Positions 9,469 to 17,686 of a stretch of 64,000 bases of DNA are shown here, one piece after another. Under the pieces are notes generated by a model that saw nothing but the letters and a program-made list of their open reading frames with translations, was not told the origin of the DNA and did not search any database. The DNA is from Candidatus Heimdallarchaeota archaeon. GTDB taxonomy: Archaea > Asgardarchaeota > Heimdallarchaeia > Heimdallarchaeales > Heimdallarchaeaceae. Position numbers and translations under genes: made by a program. The DNA is taken from positions 32,001-96,000 of the forward strand of contig JABCTC010000005.1 in assembly GCA_018238545.1 (NCBI GenBank), in the 5' to 3' direction. Position 1 is the stretch's first letter. Every line of letters starts with the position of its first letter.

Positions 9469-10227
9469 TTATTTTGTTTTCTTACCTATTGCTGTAAATA
9501 CGGGTATAAAGATCATCCTTCTATTCTGCTTAATCAGCTGTTGCTCTTTTTCCATAATTTGTTTAAACTCTGTTTCTGTAATCAGATTCGCCTCTAACAC
9601 TCTTTTCCATTCTTCCTCTATGTTATTAATTAAAGATTCTTTGTTCCAGGTTTGAGCTATAACAGAGATCTCAGTTTCTAGCCCTGCGGATTCAAAATAG
9701 GAGAGTAATTTTCTTCCAGCTAAAGGATCAGCACCTTCGTCTCTTAGATATTCAGTATGTTTTTTACCAAGGTTCATTTCAGGATATTCAACCCACCCTC
9801 CATAATCAGGTTCAGCTAAAGCTGCAACATATCCTTGTTTTTTACATACTCTGTAAATTTCATTCATTGCTTTAGTCGGATTCTTTAACCACAATAAGAG
9901 ATATTGAAAAAGCACAATATCGAATTTATTATCTTTCAAAGGAAGGTTTTCAACAGCCTCCACAAGAAATTCTACGTCTTCAACTCTCTGCTTCGCTACT
10001 TCAATCATTTTTTCATCTATATCGATAGCTGTTATCTTAGCAGATGTTCGAGATCTTAGTTCTCTAGTTATTGTTCCCATGCCACAACCAATTTCTAAGA
10101 TGTTTTTTGCTTTGGTTAAATCTATCTTTCTGTAGATTTGGTTGCGAAAAAAAAGGGTCCAAGAAGCTTGACGTTCAAACTGTTCTACTATTTCTGGACC
10201 CCAATTAACTCTCGGTTTTTCATTCAT
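9469..10227 (-). CDS. Class I SAM-dependent methyltransferase
   Basis: ILEIGCGMG motif I, AIDID, FDIVLFQYLLLWL. Start set at MNEKP (10227) because the longer ORF-track start overlaps the radical SAM gene. Confidence 0.88.
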   Translation of the reverse strand: MNEKPRVNWGPEIVEQFERQASWTLFFRNQIYRKIDLTKAKNILEIGCGMGTITRELRSRTSAKITAIDIDEKMIEVAKQRVEDVEFLVEAVENLPLKDNKFDIVLFQYLLLWLKNPTKAMNEIYRVCKKQGYVAALAEPDYGGWVEYPEMNLGKKHTEYLRDEGADPLAGRKLLSYFESAGLETEISVIAQTWNKESLINNIEEEWKRVLEANLITETEFKQIMEKEQQLIKQNRRMIFIPVFTAIGKKTK

Positions 10228-10249
10228 TTGAGACACACATTTGACAATA

Positions 10250-11557
10250 TTATGAGAAGGATTCTCTACAAACAGTAGTTGGAGCACTATAATTAAGAGG
10301 ACATCCTCCTCCACAGATTTCCACTTCAGGACAATCAGTGCACTCATCAGGTAGATATTTCATTTTCCTTAAACTCTTAGCAAGCTTGTGGTTCCATATT
10401 TTCTTCCATTTTGTGTTCAAGATATGGCCTAGTGGTTCAAAATAACTTTGACATGGAAGAACCATACCATCAGGTTCTATTGCCATGGCAATATGAGCTG
10501 CTGTGCATTGCTTTAATCCTAACCCTTTTTCAATTGGATTAAAATCGCAGTATCTTGTAGGACTGTACCAGAGGAAACCCATGTCTTTTTCTTCTGCTTT
10601 GTTCATTATCCGACTAATAACATCATCCAATGCTTCGACAGAGAGAGTGAAAGCTTCATCTTTTCCGCCTCCTGATTTGATGATACCATTTGCAGCAAAA
10701 TGGTCTATACCTAGAGAATCGAGGAAATCTATTGTTTTCTCAATATCTTTTATATTGTAAGGAGTTAAGGTTGTATTTGTTAAGATGTACACTGGAGTAG
10801 GAACGATGTTTTTTATTCCTTGAACAGTTTCTTTCCAAGCTCCTTTGAAACCGCAAAGTTCATCATGAAGCTTCTCATCGTGACTCTCGATTGTGATTTG
10901 GAAATGATCTATTCCAGCAGTAACTAGTTTGTCTACAAATTTCTTATCCTTAAACATCCTACCATTCGAGATTATACCAGTAATAATTCCCAAATCTTCA
11001 GCATAAGCTACTAACTCTGGTAAATCCTTTCTTAATGTAGGTTCCCCACCAGTAAAAGTTACATGAGGAATACCAATTTCCCACAGATTGTCTAGTACTT
11101 GTTTCCATTCGTCTGTAGTCAATTCAATGATTTCTCTCTTATGTTCGACATAACATTTAGTGCATTTATTATTGCATCTGTAGGTTAAGGCTAAATCCAT
11201 ACGTAAAGGAGCAGAGAAAGGAGTTTCTAGTAAAGAACTGATGTCTTGAGATAAGTGTTGCACAGGATCGATATCGGGTTTTGTTAAGAGATCCATTATT
11301 GATGTCTTGAAATCTACTAAGTCGTTCATCAGTTGAATCTCATCTACACGATATTTTCTTTTAACTTCGGATACAATTTCCTCATTGGTTTTCCCTTCAA
11401 TTATTCGAGAAGCAAAATCTGTTGCAGTTCTGTTTAAATGAAAAATTCTTGTAGCATTTACCAAGAGTAAACTATTACCCTTTTTCTCTTTCCTTAAATG
11501 CATTCTTGCAAAAGTATCTAAATTCCTTATATGGGACATTTTCTTTTCTCGCATCAT
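10250..11557 (-). CDS. PqqD/RRE-fused radical SAM protein with SPASM domain
   Basis: N-terminal RRE-like HLNRTATDF...GKTNEEIVSEVKRKYRVD; CNNKCTKC; TGGEP; SPASM C-x12-G-x4-C and CTDCPEVEICGGGC. ATG 11557 overlaps the upstream TGA (ATGA) and has a GGAGGTG SD. Confidence 0.92.
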   Translation of the reverse strand: MMREKKMSHIRNLDTFARMHLRKEKKGNSLLLVNATRIFHLNRTATDFASRIIEGKTNEEIVSEVKRKYRVDEIQLMNDLVDFKTSIMDLLTKPDIDPVQHLSQDISSLLETPFSAPLRMDLALTYRCNNKCTKCYVEHKREIIELTTDEWKQVLDNLWEIGIPHVTFTGGEPTLRKDLPELVAYAEDLGIITGIISNGRMFKDKKFVDKLVTAGIDHFQITIESHDEKLHDELCGFKGAWKETVQGIKNIVPTPVYILTNTTLTPYNIKDIEKTIDFLDSLGIDHFAANGIIKSGGGKDEAFTLSVEALDDVISRIMNKAEEKDMGFLWYSPTRYCDFNPIEKGLGLKQCTAAHIAMAIEPDGMVLPCQSYFEPLGHILNTKWKKIWNHKLAKSLRKMKYLPDECTDCPEVEICGGGCPLNYSAPTTVCRESFS

Positions 11558-13233
11558 CTTCCACCTCCGGCACAGGCACAGGCACAAGCACAGGCACAAG
11601 CACATCCTCCGCCACCACCACCACTTCGACCACTGCTTCTGGAAACAGGGGGACGAGTAGCTTTTTGTAAAGATTTTGTGAAGGTTTGTGGTTTTGCTAT
11701 GACTCCTGATTGGAGACTGCTAATTGGACCAACATGAGTTGATCCACTGTGGTGTTGAATCCTGAAGAATGATCTAGAAGCAGACCGTGTATATGAACGT
11801 CCTGTATAGAAATAGTAATTTCGGACATACCAATGTGGATAGTAGTAACCATCTCCTCGTCTTTCAAGACGTTCTTCATATCCTTCATCAACCATAATCC
11901 AAAGAAATGCATCTTTGAGTTCAGGAGTAGTTTTCTTCATCTCCTCCCATGATTTATCGATAATTTCCTCATAATGCTTCTTTGTTCTTCTAACGGAGTA
12001 ACCTTTCATCTTTTTCGAAACACCTTTAATACGTATTATGAGAGCTTTTTTCAATTCAGTTTGGTGAACTGGTTCTCGAGGGATAGCACCAGAACTAGCA
12101 CCTTTTTTCCATTTTATATCTTCCTTATTTCTTCGTCTAATACCCGCTATAATGCTTTGTTGATATTTAGGAAGCTGAGTAATTACTTGAGAACTAGCAA
12201 CCACTTGAAACCTTAAAACGGGTTTTGTGGTCTCAATCTCCAAATAACCTAATTTCATCATTTCAAATAATATCAACGTTGCAACTTGAGCTAATGGTCT
12301 TTGTAATAGTATTGCAACTTGTGAGGGAGTTAAATCCTTCTTCACACCCCCACCTAGAGTTGTTACTATTGGTGGAAGGTATTCCTTGCTCTTTCTTCTT
12401 TTCCTCAATAAGTAAAATATTACAATCACGGCCACTATAGCAAAGAAAATAATTATGTCTCTGTTGTTATATAGGGTTAAACTCCAGAAAACACTATGTA
12501 CTTTCACATATTCCTCCGGAAGACCAACAGCTGACATGTATCCTTGGGAAGGAGAGCCAATTTTATTAAATTCAATATAAGGTCCATCTGAAGATGAAGC
12601 TACAGATGTTGCATCACTAGGTTCAGCATGTAAAACATTCCAATCTGAAGAAGTTTGTCTTACTTTTGTTTCATCAATGTCAGTCAAAATTTCTGGAAAA
12701 TAATATCTTACTCTTCTTTCAGTTGTGCCACTTGCAAAAGAACCATCATACCAAGTTTGGAGAAAAACTACGGATGCAAAACCCTCTACACTGTCAGGAT
12801 ATACCATTGCAGGATTGTGACAAAAGACTTCTAAAACACCAAATTCTCCAGGATCAATTTGACTAGCACCAAGCCAAATTTCAACACCGATTTCTATATA
12901 CTCGCTTTTTTTGATTTTTGAACTAGCTATCTCTAAACCGTTCAATTTCGCGGTAACAGAGGATAACTCATAGTGATCATTTGGAAACCCAACATCAATT
13001 ACATCTATTGAACTATAACCAGGAATACAATAGAATTCCATCTCATAATATATATCAATTGAACCATCTTCTAAAATGTGAATATCTGTATACATATAAG
13101 GAATTTCAAAACCATAAACAGCATCTAATGTTGTTAATCCGTCATCGAAATCACTCGCTAAACTAGCACCAGAAACGATAAAAATCGATATGAACAAAGA
13201 ACAACTCACAAATAATAATAACCTTGATCTCAA
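11554..13233 (-). CDS. DUF2207-like single-pass membrane protein with C-terminal G6-(CA)6-GGGR tail
   Basis: TTG start with GGGGAG SD; signal peptide; ectodomain (IHILEDGSIDIYYEMEF); TM plus RKRRK; LTPSQVAILL...MMKLGYLEI; Ser/Gly-rich linker; CACACACACACAGGGR. Confidence 0.8.
   Translation of the reverse strand: MRSRLLLFVSCSLFISIFIVSGASLASDFDDGLTTLDAVYGFEIPYMYTDIHILEDGSIDIYYEMEFYCIPGYSSIDVIDVGFPNDHYELSSVTAKLNGLEIASSKIKKSEYIEIGVEIWLGASQIDPGEFGVLEVFCHNPAMVYPDSVEGFASVVFLQTWYDGSFASGTTERRVRYYFPEILTDIDETKVRQTSSDWNVLHAEPSDATSVASSSDGPYIEFNKIGSPSQGYMSAVGLPEEYVKVHSVFWSLTLYNNRDIIIFFAIVAVIVIFYLLRKRRKSKEYLPPIVTTLGGGVKKDLTPSQVAILLQRPLAQVATLILFEMMKLGYLEIETTKPVLRFQVVASSQVITQLPKYQQSIIAGIRRRNKEDIKWKKGASSGAIPREPVHQTELKKALIIRIKGVSKKMKGYSVRRTKKHYEEIIDKSWEEMKKTTPELKDAFLWIMVDEGYEERLERRGDGYYYPHWYVRNYYFYTGRSYTRSASRSFFRIQHHSGSTHVGPISSLQSGVIAKPQTFTKSLQKATRPPVSRSSGRSGGGGGGCACACACACACAGGGR
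11569..11604 (-). repeat. (TGTGCY)6 hexamer repeat encoding (Cys-Ala)6
   Basis: TGT GCT TGT GCC TGT GCT TGT GCC TGT GCC TGT GCC; the Ala codons vary synonymously. Confidence 0.95.
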
Positions 13234-13390
13234 ATTTTTTGCTCCCCAATTATTCTGTTAAAGTATATCTTTAATATGTCAAATCATTGAATAAACTAAT
13301 AATTAAAGTTATTGTATTAAATTTTCCAAGCTAAAATTCTATCACTAGTTGGCAAGATTTATTACAAGGATTACTTTCTGTTCCAATAGC

Positions 13391-13744
13391 ATGACCTCTG
13401 AAGGATTCCAAAAGATAATGCGAGTTATTTGGGAACAAACAAAGCCCTTACTGAGATTTTTACTAACAGTGACAGTCATAATGTCAATAGCAATTATAAT
13501 TATGCTATTTGTTTGGGGTTTTGATTTTCAAGATGATGCATTTCTCGTACTAGTTATAGCTGATATCTCTATTCTCATAATTTTTGTTGTTGGATTAATC
13601 ATTGTTGGAGTTAGACACGTGTTTACTGATTTAACAAAGGGTGATGAAGTTCCATGTAGGTTCTGCGGAGAGGATATAACAGGTGGGAGTAACATTTGCA
13701 CAAACTGTGGCAAGGACAATAGAAAGTTCACAGATTCAACATAA
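13391..13744 (+). CDS. 2-TM membrane protein with C-terminal zinc ribbon
   Basis: Two TM helices, then CRFC...CTNC; start set at the first ATG. Confidence 0.7.
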   Translation: MTSEGFQKIMRVIWEQTKPLLRFLLTVTVIMSIAIIIMLFVWGFDFQDDAFLVLVIADISILIIFVVGLIIVGVRHVFTDLTKGDEVPCRFCGEDITGGSNICTNCGKDNRKFTDST

Positions 13745-13817
13745 GCGTTTCTTAATCATGGAGAATTTAATAAGAGTACAAAATAAATTAAACAAAAACC
13801 AGAAACTAAGAAGGACA

Positions 13818-14735
13818 TTATTTCTTTTTTACAGTTCTTTCTCCTTTTACTAATTTCTTTTTGCCTTTTTTCGCTGCTGGTTTTTTCTTGATTTTATAAA
13901 TAATCCTTTGAATATCTTTCTGTACCTCAATTTCTATCTTGATCCCACTACTTTTTGTTCTTTGTTGCCATTGATAATTGAGCAAATCAATATACTCTTT
14001 TTCAGTCATTTTCTTGACAACTGTCAATGATTCTAATGCTTCAAGTTCTCTAAATCCATCAAAAATAACCTCGTAATCGTCAGTTTTTTTCATAATTACT
14101 CCTTTCCACCCTTCTACATTTGCGCCCATAACCGCTATATAGGAGATATATTTGAAGGGACCTTCAAGAAAACCAAACAAAGTATCAACTTCTTCGATAA
14201 ACTCTGCTTTATCATTAAACAACATTTTGGCTTTCTGTTTTCCACTATCGTCCTTTATTTTCATATACATTTTATTTATAAGAGCAACTTTTCTCACTGC
14301 TGACATAAATCCTTTCCATTTTTCATCCAGCCTTGGAATCTCAGTTCTTTTTCTTCTGGTTTCCCCATATATTGGCACAGTCATGGTATTAATTCTAGAA
14401 AGCACTAATTTTTGAAATTCGTTTCTTGGGTGTTTTAGAGTCCAAGTAATGTCCATACTTTCAGTTGGAGAGGTTCTAGTTGAACTATGAATGAGAATTC
14501 TGCCGTCTTCAAGTTTTTTGATAAAACGAGGATAAACCCTAAACCTCGCCATCGTGTTATGGAAATTTGCTGTAATCATACTAAGGAAAGCCTGAATTAC
14601 ACCTTCCAAACCATCTCCCTCAAGCAACGTTTCAAGCTCCCATTGCCTTCTTTCATTTACCACGGCTTCAAGAGATAACAGAAACTGGTTGATAAATTCA
14701 AGTTCATTTTCTGAAATATTAACTGTTTGAACCAT
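13818..14735 (-). CDS. Hypothetical protein with basic C-terminal tail
   Basis: 305-aa ORF with normal composition; no recognised motif. Confidence 0.6.
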   Translation of the reverse strand: MVQTVNISENELEFINQFLLSLEAVVNERRQWELETLLEGDGLEGVIQAFLSMITANFHNTMARFRVYPRFIKKLEDGRILIHSSTRTSPTESMDITWTLKHPRNEFQKLVLSRINTMTVPIYGETRRKRTEIPRLDEKWKGFMSAVRKVALINKMYMKIKDDSGKQKAKMLFNDKAEFIEEVDTLFGFLEGPFKYISYIAVMGANVEGWKGVIMKKTDDYEVIFDGFRELEALESLTVVKKMTEKEYIDLLNYQWQQRTKSSGIKIEIEVQKDIQRIIYKIKKKPAAKKGKKKLVKGERTVKKK

Positions 14736-14810
14736 AAGGATCAGCAGAGTATAGTGATATATTCACGTTCTCACATTACTTATATCTATTTTTGCATTTA
14801 TGATGTTCAT

Positions 14811-16208
14811 TTGTCTTCTTGTCTTATTAGACAAAGCTAAGTACATGTCGTGCTTAGAGCTCATGATATAGGGCGAAGATACTCTATACTCACTCTGAGT
14901 GGATACATCACGTATCCTCCTATCCCGTTCACCCTGCGTTTAGGCAAGGCTTTCGGATCGCTTTTTATCAATATATTATATGCAGCGTTAACATCAGCAT
15001 TGATCAAATAGCCAGTAGCAGAACGGAACAACCCTCGGCGAACCCTTTTCCCCTTGTACTTCTTACGATAACGGGGAAATTCATTATCCAGGAAACTGCT
15101 CTTGGAGGTGTATTGTTCAGGAATCGTCTCCACCTTTATCCCTTGCTCAGCTCCTTTATATTTTAGCATATCGATGATTTTCAAGTAAGGGATGGTGACG
15201 AACATCTGGGTGGTCTTTTTCCAGAAATGGAGATTCTGTTTCCATAGCTCATTGTAGCCTATGATCACTTCATGGAGCCCTCGTTCGACCCACAAGTCTA
15301 CCAGATACTTGGTTAATTTGTGGATAGCATCATTCAGTTTCCTTCTCCACTTTTCTTTGAGTTTGTAGTAAGCTGGGCCATACTTGAGTCTGTTCTTATT
15401 TTGCAAATGCTTTCTCTGCTGCTGACTATACTGTAGTTGTAATTTCTTCTGTTCTTTCAAATAATATTGTGTAATGGATTTTATGCCTTTCCCTGCATCT
15501 TTGATAACAATCGGTCTTCCTCCGAGGTTATCTACGAAAGTGGCAAGGTTGTCCATCCCTAACTCTATCGCTCCTTTTCTGATTATTTTCTTCTTGAGAT
15601 TGGGTATACTCTTGAGATAAACAAGTTCAAGGGCATAGTGAGTTCTCCTTGGAATGATTCTTACTTCTCTTAACTCCGCTTGAGCTGTCAGTCTTGTCTT
15701 GCAGGTGTACTTCACTTTCTTAGGTAGCACCAACCATCCATTTACTATCTTCGCTTGTTGATTGGTGAAGATGGCTACCACTTCGCCATCCTTCTTCTTG
15801 TAGTTAGGTGGATTAGGCATGGCAAAAAACAATGTTGGGTTCCTCTTCCACTCTTGTTTCGCTTGGAAATAGCTCTTCCAACATCTAGAAAGAAGCTTGA
15901 GCGTCTGTTGGGCAACATGGGCGGGAAGAACACGATAGCACTCCTCCAGTTTCAACTGTTTGTCAAGACCGTAGTAAAAGAGAAGTTTGCTTGTTTGCTT
16001 CAAAGAAGTTTTTATTAGAAAATTTGCCCGATTATAGAGATTTTTAGCTTGATGACAGATTCTGCTAAGTGCTGGATGATACACCACTTCTATACGTTCT
16101 GCACGCAGTACCTTTGCCATCCTTCGTTGACCTAGAGTTCACTATAAAAACACCCGTACTATCACTAAAATTTTTCTAGATTTACAACTTAACAAGACAA
16201 AAAGACAA
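14811..16208 (-). mobile_element. Non-autonomous TnpB-only insertion sequence (IS200/IS605/IS607 superfamily)
   Basis: Visibly higher GC than the flanks; tnpB only; imperfect inverted repeats at 14811-14830 and 16189-16208 (17/20); repeated TTGTCT motifs and hairpins at the ends. Boundaries are approximate. Confidence 0.7.
14861..16120 (-). CDS. tnpB: TnpB-family RNA-guided nuclease (rearranged RuvC; RuvC-I Asp to Glu)
   Basis: AKNLYN, PNPPNYK, AIELGMDNLAT, VIIGYN..WKQ, PEQYTSK, RGLFRS..G..INADVNAAYNI. Confidence 0.92.
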   Translation of the reverse strand: MAKVLRAERIEVVYHPALSRICHQAKNLYNRANFLIKTSLKQTSKLLFYYGLDKQLKLEECYRVLPAHVAQQTLKLLSRCWKSYFQAKQEWKRNPTLFFAMPNPPNYKKKDGEVVAIFTNQQAKIVNGWLVLPKKVKYTCKTRLTAQAELREVRIIPRRTHYALELVYLKSIPNLKKKIIRKGAIELGMDNLATFVDNLGGRPIVIKDAGKGIKSITQYYLKEQKKLQLQYSQQQRKHLQNKNRLKYGPAYYKLKEKWRRKLNDAIHKLTKYLVDLWVERGLHEVIIGYNELWKQNLHFWKKTTQMFVTIPYLKIIDMLKYKGAEQGIKVETIPEQYTSKSSFLDNEFPRYRKKYKGKRVRRGLFRSATGYLINADVNAAYNILIKSDPKALPKRRVNGIGGYVMYPLRVSIEYLRPIS

Positions 16209-16260
16209 AGCATATTCATAATAATGAAGTAAAAGCGAAAAAGATGAATGTTGAATTAGT

Positions 16261-16986
16261 TTAGAAGAACAGATATTCATCGTCTTTAGACTTTTTCTTG
16301 GCTTTTCTTCTTCTTCGCTTTTTCTTTTGAGATTTCTCCAATTCCTCCCTAACCAGCTCTAATATCGGTTCTTTGATGCCTAAATCCTCGTCAAGGGTTT
16401 CCGCAATCTTACTCATTGTCTGATAAATTAGCAATCTCATTTTATTTTTTGTTTCCCTTCTATATACACGTTTTAGTGTTTCCAAAGATTCTGAGTCAGC
16501 ATAATTAGGTATAATATTCAGAGACATTTGAATTGGGGAAGCAGATTTTTCATTCTGTATTACTTCAAGTAATAAGTCTTTTATTTCATCTTTTTTTAGT
16601 TTTCCTCGATCATGCAATTTACGAATTGCCATTGAACGAACAATTTCATTTTCATCTTCTTTTGATATTCTACTCAGAAAACCTTCAATTTTTGGAGATG
16701 ACATATATCCGATTGCTTCAATCAACACAAGTTTAACGCTATTTTCTCTTTCGTATGCATAAAATTCCATTAGTTTTTGTGCAATTTCTTTCTTCTTTGT
16801 ATCCTTCAAAATAAGAATGGCTTTAATTCGTACCCTCTCATATTTCTCCTTCTCAACAACTTTGATGAGAAATTCCATGTTATTCTTATCTATTTCTTTC
16901 TCCGATATCGAAATGAGTTCTTTCAACTTCGTCACATCAGGTGAGTTGTTGAATTTTTTCAGTCTCTGCTCCAATTTCGAATCCAT
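16261..16986 (-). CDS. HEAT-repeat protein with basic C-terminal tail
   Basis: VRIKAILIL, VKLVLIEAIG and VRSMAIRKL repeats; start set at MDSKLE. Confidence 0.7.
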   Translation of the reverse strand: MDSKLEQRLKKFNNSPDVTKLKELISISEKEIDKNNMEFLIKVVEKEKYERVRIKAILILKDTKKKEIAQKLMEFYAYERENSVKLVLIEAIGYMSSPKIEGFLSRISKEDENEIVRSMAIRKLHDRGKLKKDEIKDLLLEVIQNEKSASPIQMSLNIIPNYADSESLETLKRVYRRETKNKMRLLIYQTMSKIAETLDEDLGIKEPILELVREELEKSQKKKRRRRKAKKKSKDDEYLFF

Positions 16987-17073
16987 TGTAGTTCTAGTAA
17001 ATACATTCCTTCTTTTAAGGTTGCTCAATTTTTGAGGTTTTTATAAGATTATGAAGAGATATTATGAAGACAG

Positions 17074-17628
17074 TTGACTACAATACTAGACGAAAATAAA
17101 CAGGAGCTTGAAGGTTATGCCATTGTTTATTTTGCCGATAGTGGCTTTGAGTTATTTGCATCCAGTCTAGATAATCCTAAATTAGACATTACATTGACAA
17201 ATTATCCTACATTGATGGGGATGATGCAAAATCAAAAAATCGAAGGCTTAGCTTCCTCAAAAATCAATAATAACACTTTTCTTTTTGCTTATGCTTTGAA
17301 CTTAAAAAACTTAAATGCAAGAGATTCCCGTTTGAAGCATGAAACAGTGACAATAGTCAATTTTGTAGTCTCACGAGAATTATACAAAGAACTTATCGTA
17401 AACTTTGATGATTTTGAACAATTCTTGGAATCCTATTTTCAACCTATCAGGTTTCTTTTTGATCTTTATGCAGTCGACTTTACTAAAGTAATACCTATAT
17501 TTCAAGAAAGGCAGCGCATAATAGAAAAAACTAGAAAAAGAAACAATGGAGAAGGAGAAAACTCTTTAGCTACGGAATTTAACAATTGGTTGAAATCAGC
17601 AGACTTTTCCAAAGAAAAAAATAAGTAA
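17074..17628 (+). CDS. Hypothetical protein, possible uDENN/longin-like fold
   Basis: YAIVYF..SG.E; FLFAYALNLKNLNARDSR...TIVNFVV beta-strand pattern. Confidence 0.45.
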   Translation: MTTILDENKQELEGYAIVYFADSGFELFASSLDNPKLDITLTNYPTLMGMMQNQKIEGLASSKINNNTFLFAYALNLKNLNARDSRLKHETVTIVNFVVSRELYKELIVNFDDFEQFLESYFQPIRFLFDLYAVDFTKVIPIFQERQRIIEKTRKRNNGEGENSLATEFNNWLKSADFSKEKNK

Positions 17629-17686
17629 CAAGCATATAGTATTTTTTTTATATCACATATTCCCCTGTTCTTTTAAGTGAGATTTA

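Noticed and set aside
11558-11605. ORF-track N-terminus MCLCLCLCLCLCRRWK of the radical SAM protein
   Set aside because: Alternate-frame read-through of the (CA)6 repeat. The SD and ATGA overlap support a start at 11557 or 11554.
11531-11737. Plus-strand 68-aa ORF with (AQ)n and poly-Pro as a possible precursor peptide
   Set aside because: It is the antisense shadow of the Cys-Ala and poly-Gly codons, with no independent signals.
9336-16260. tRNA-Tyr as the attachment site of an integrated island carrying the radical SAM operon
   Set aside because: No duplicated tRNA 3' end and no integrase seen; the operon's composition looks like the host's.
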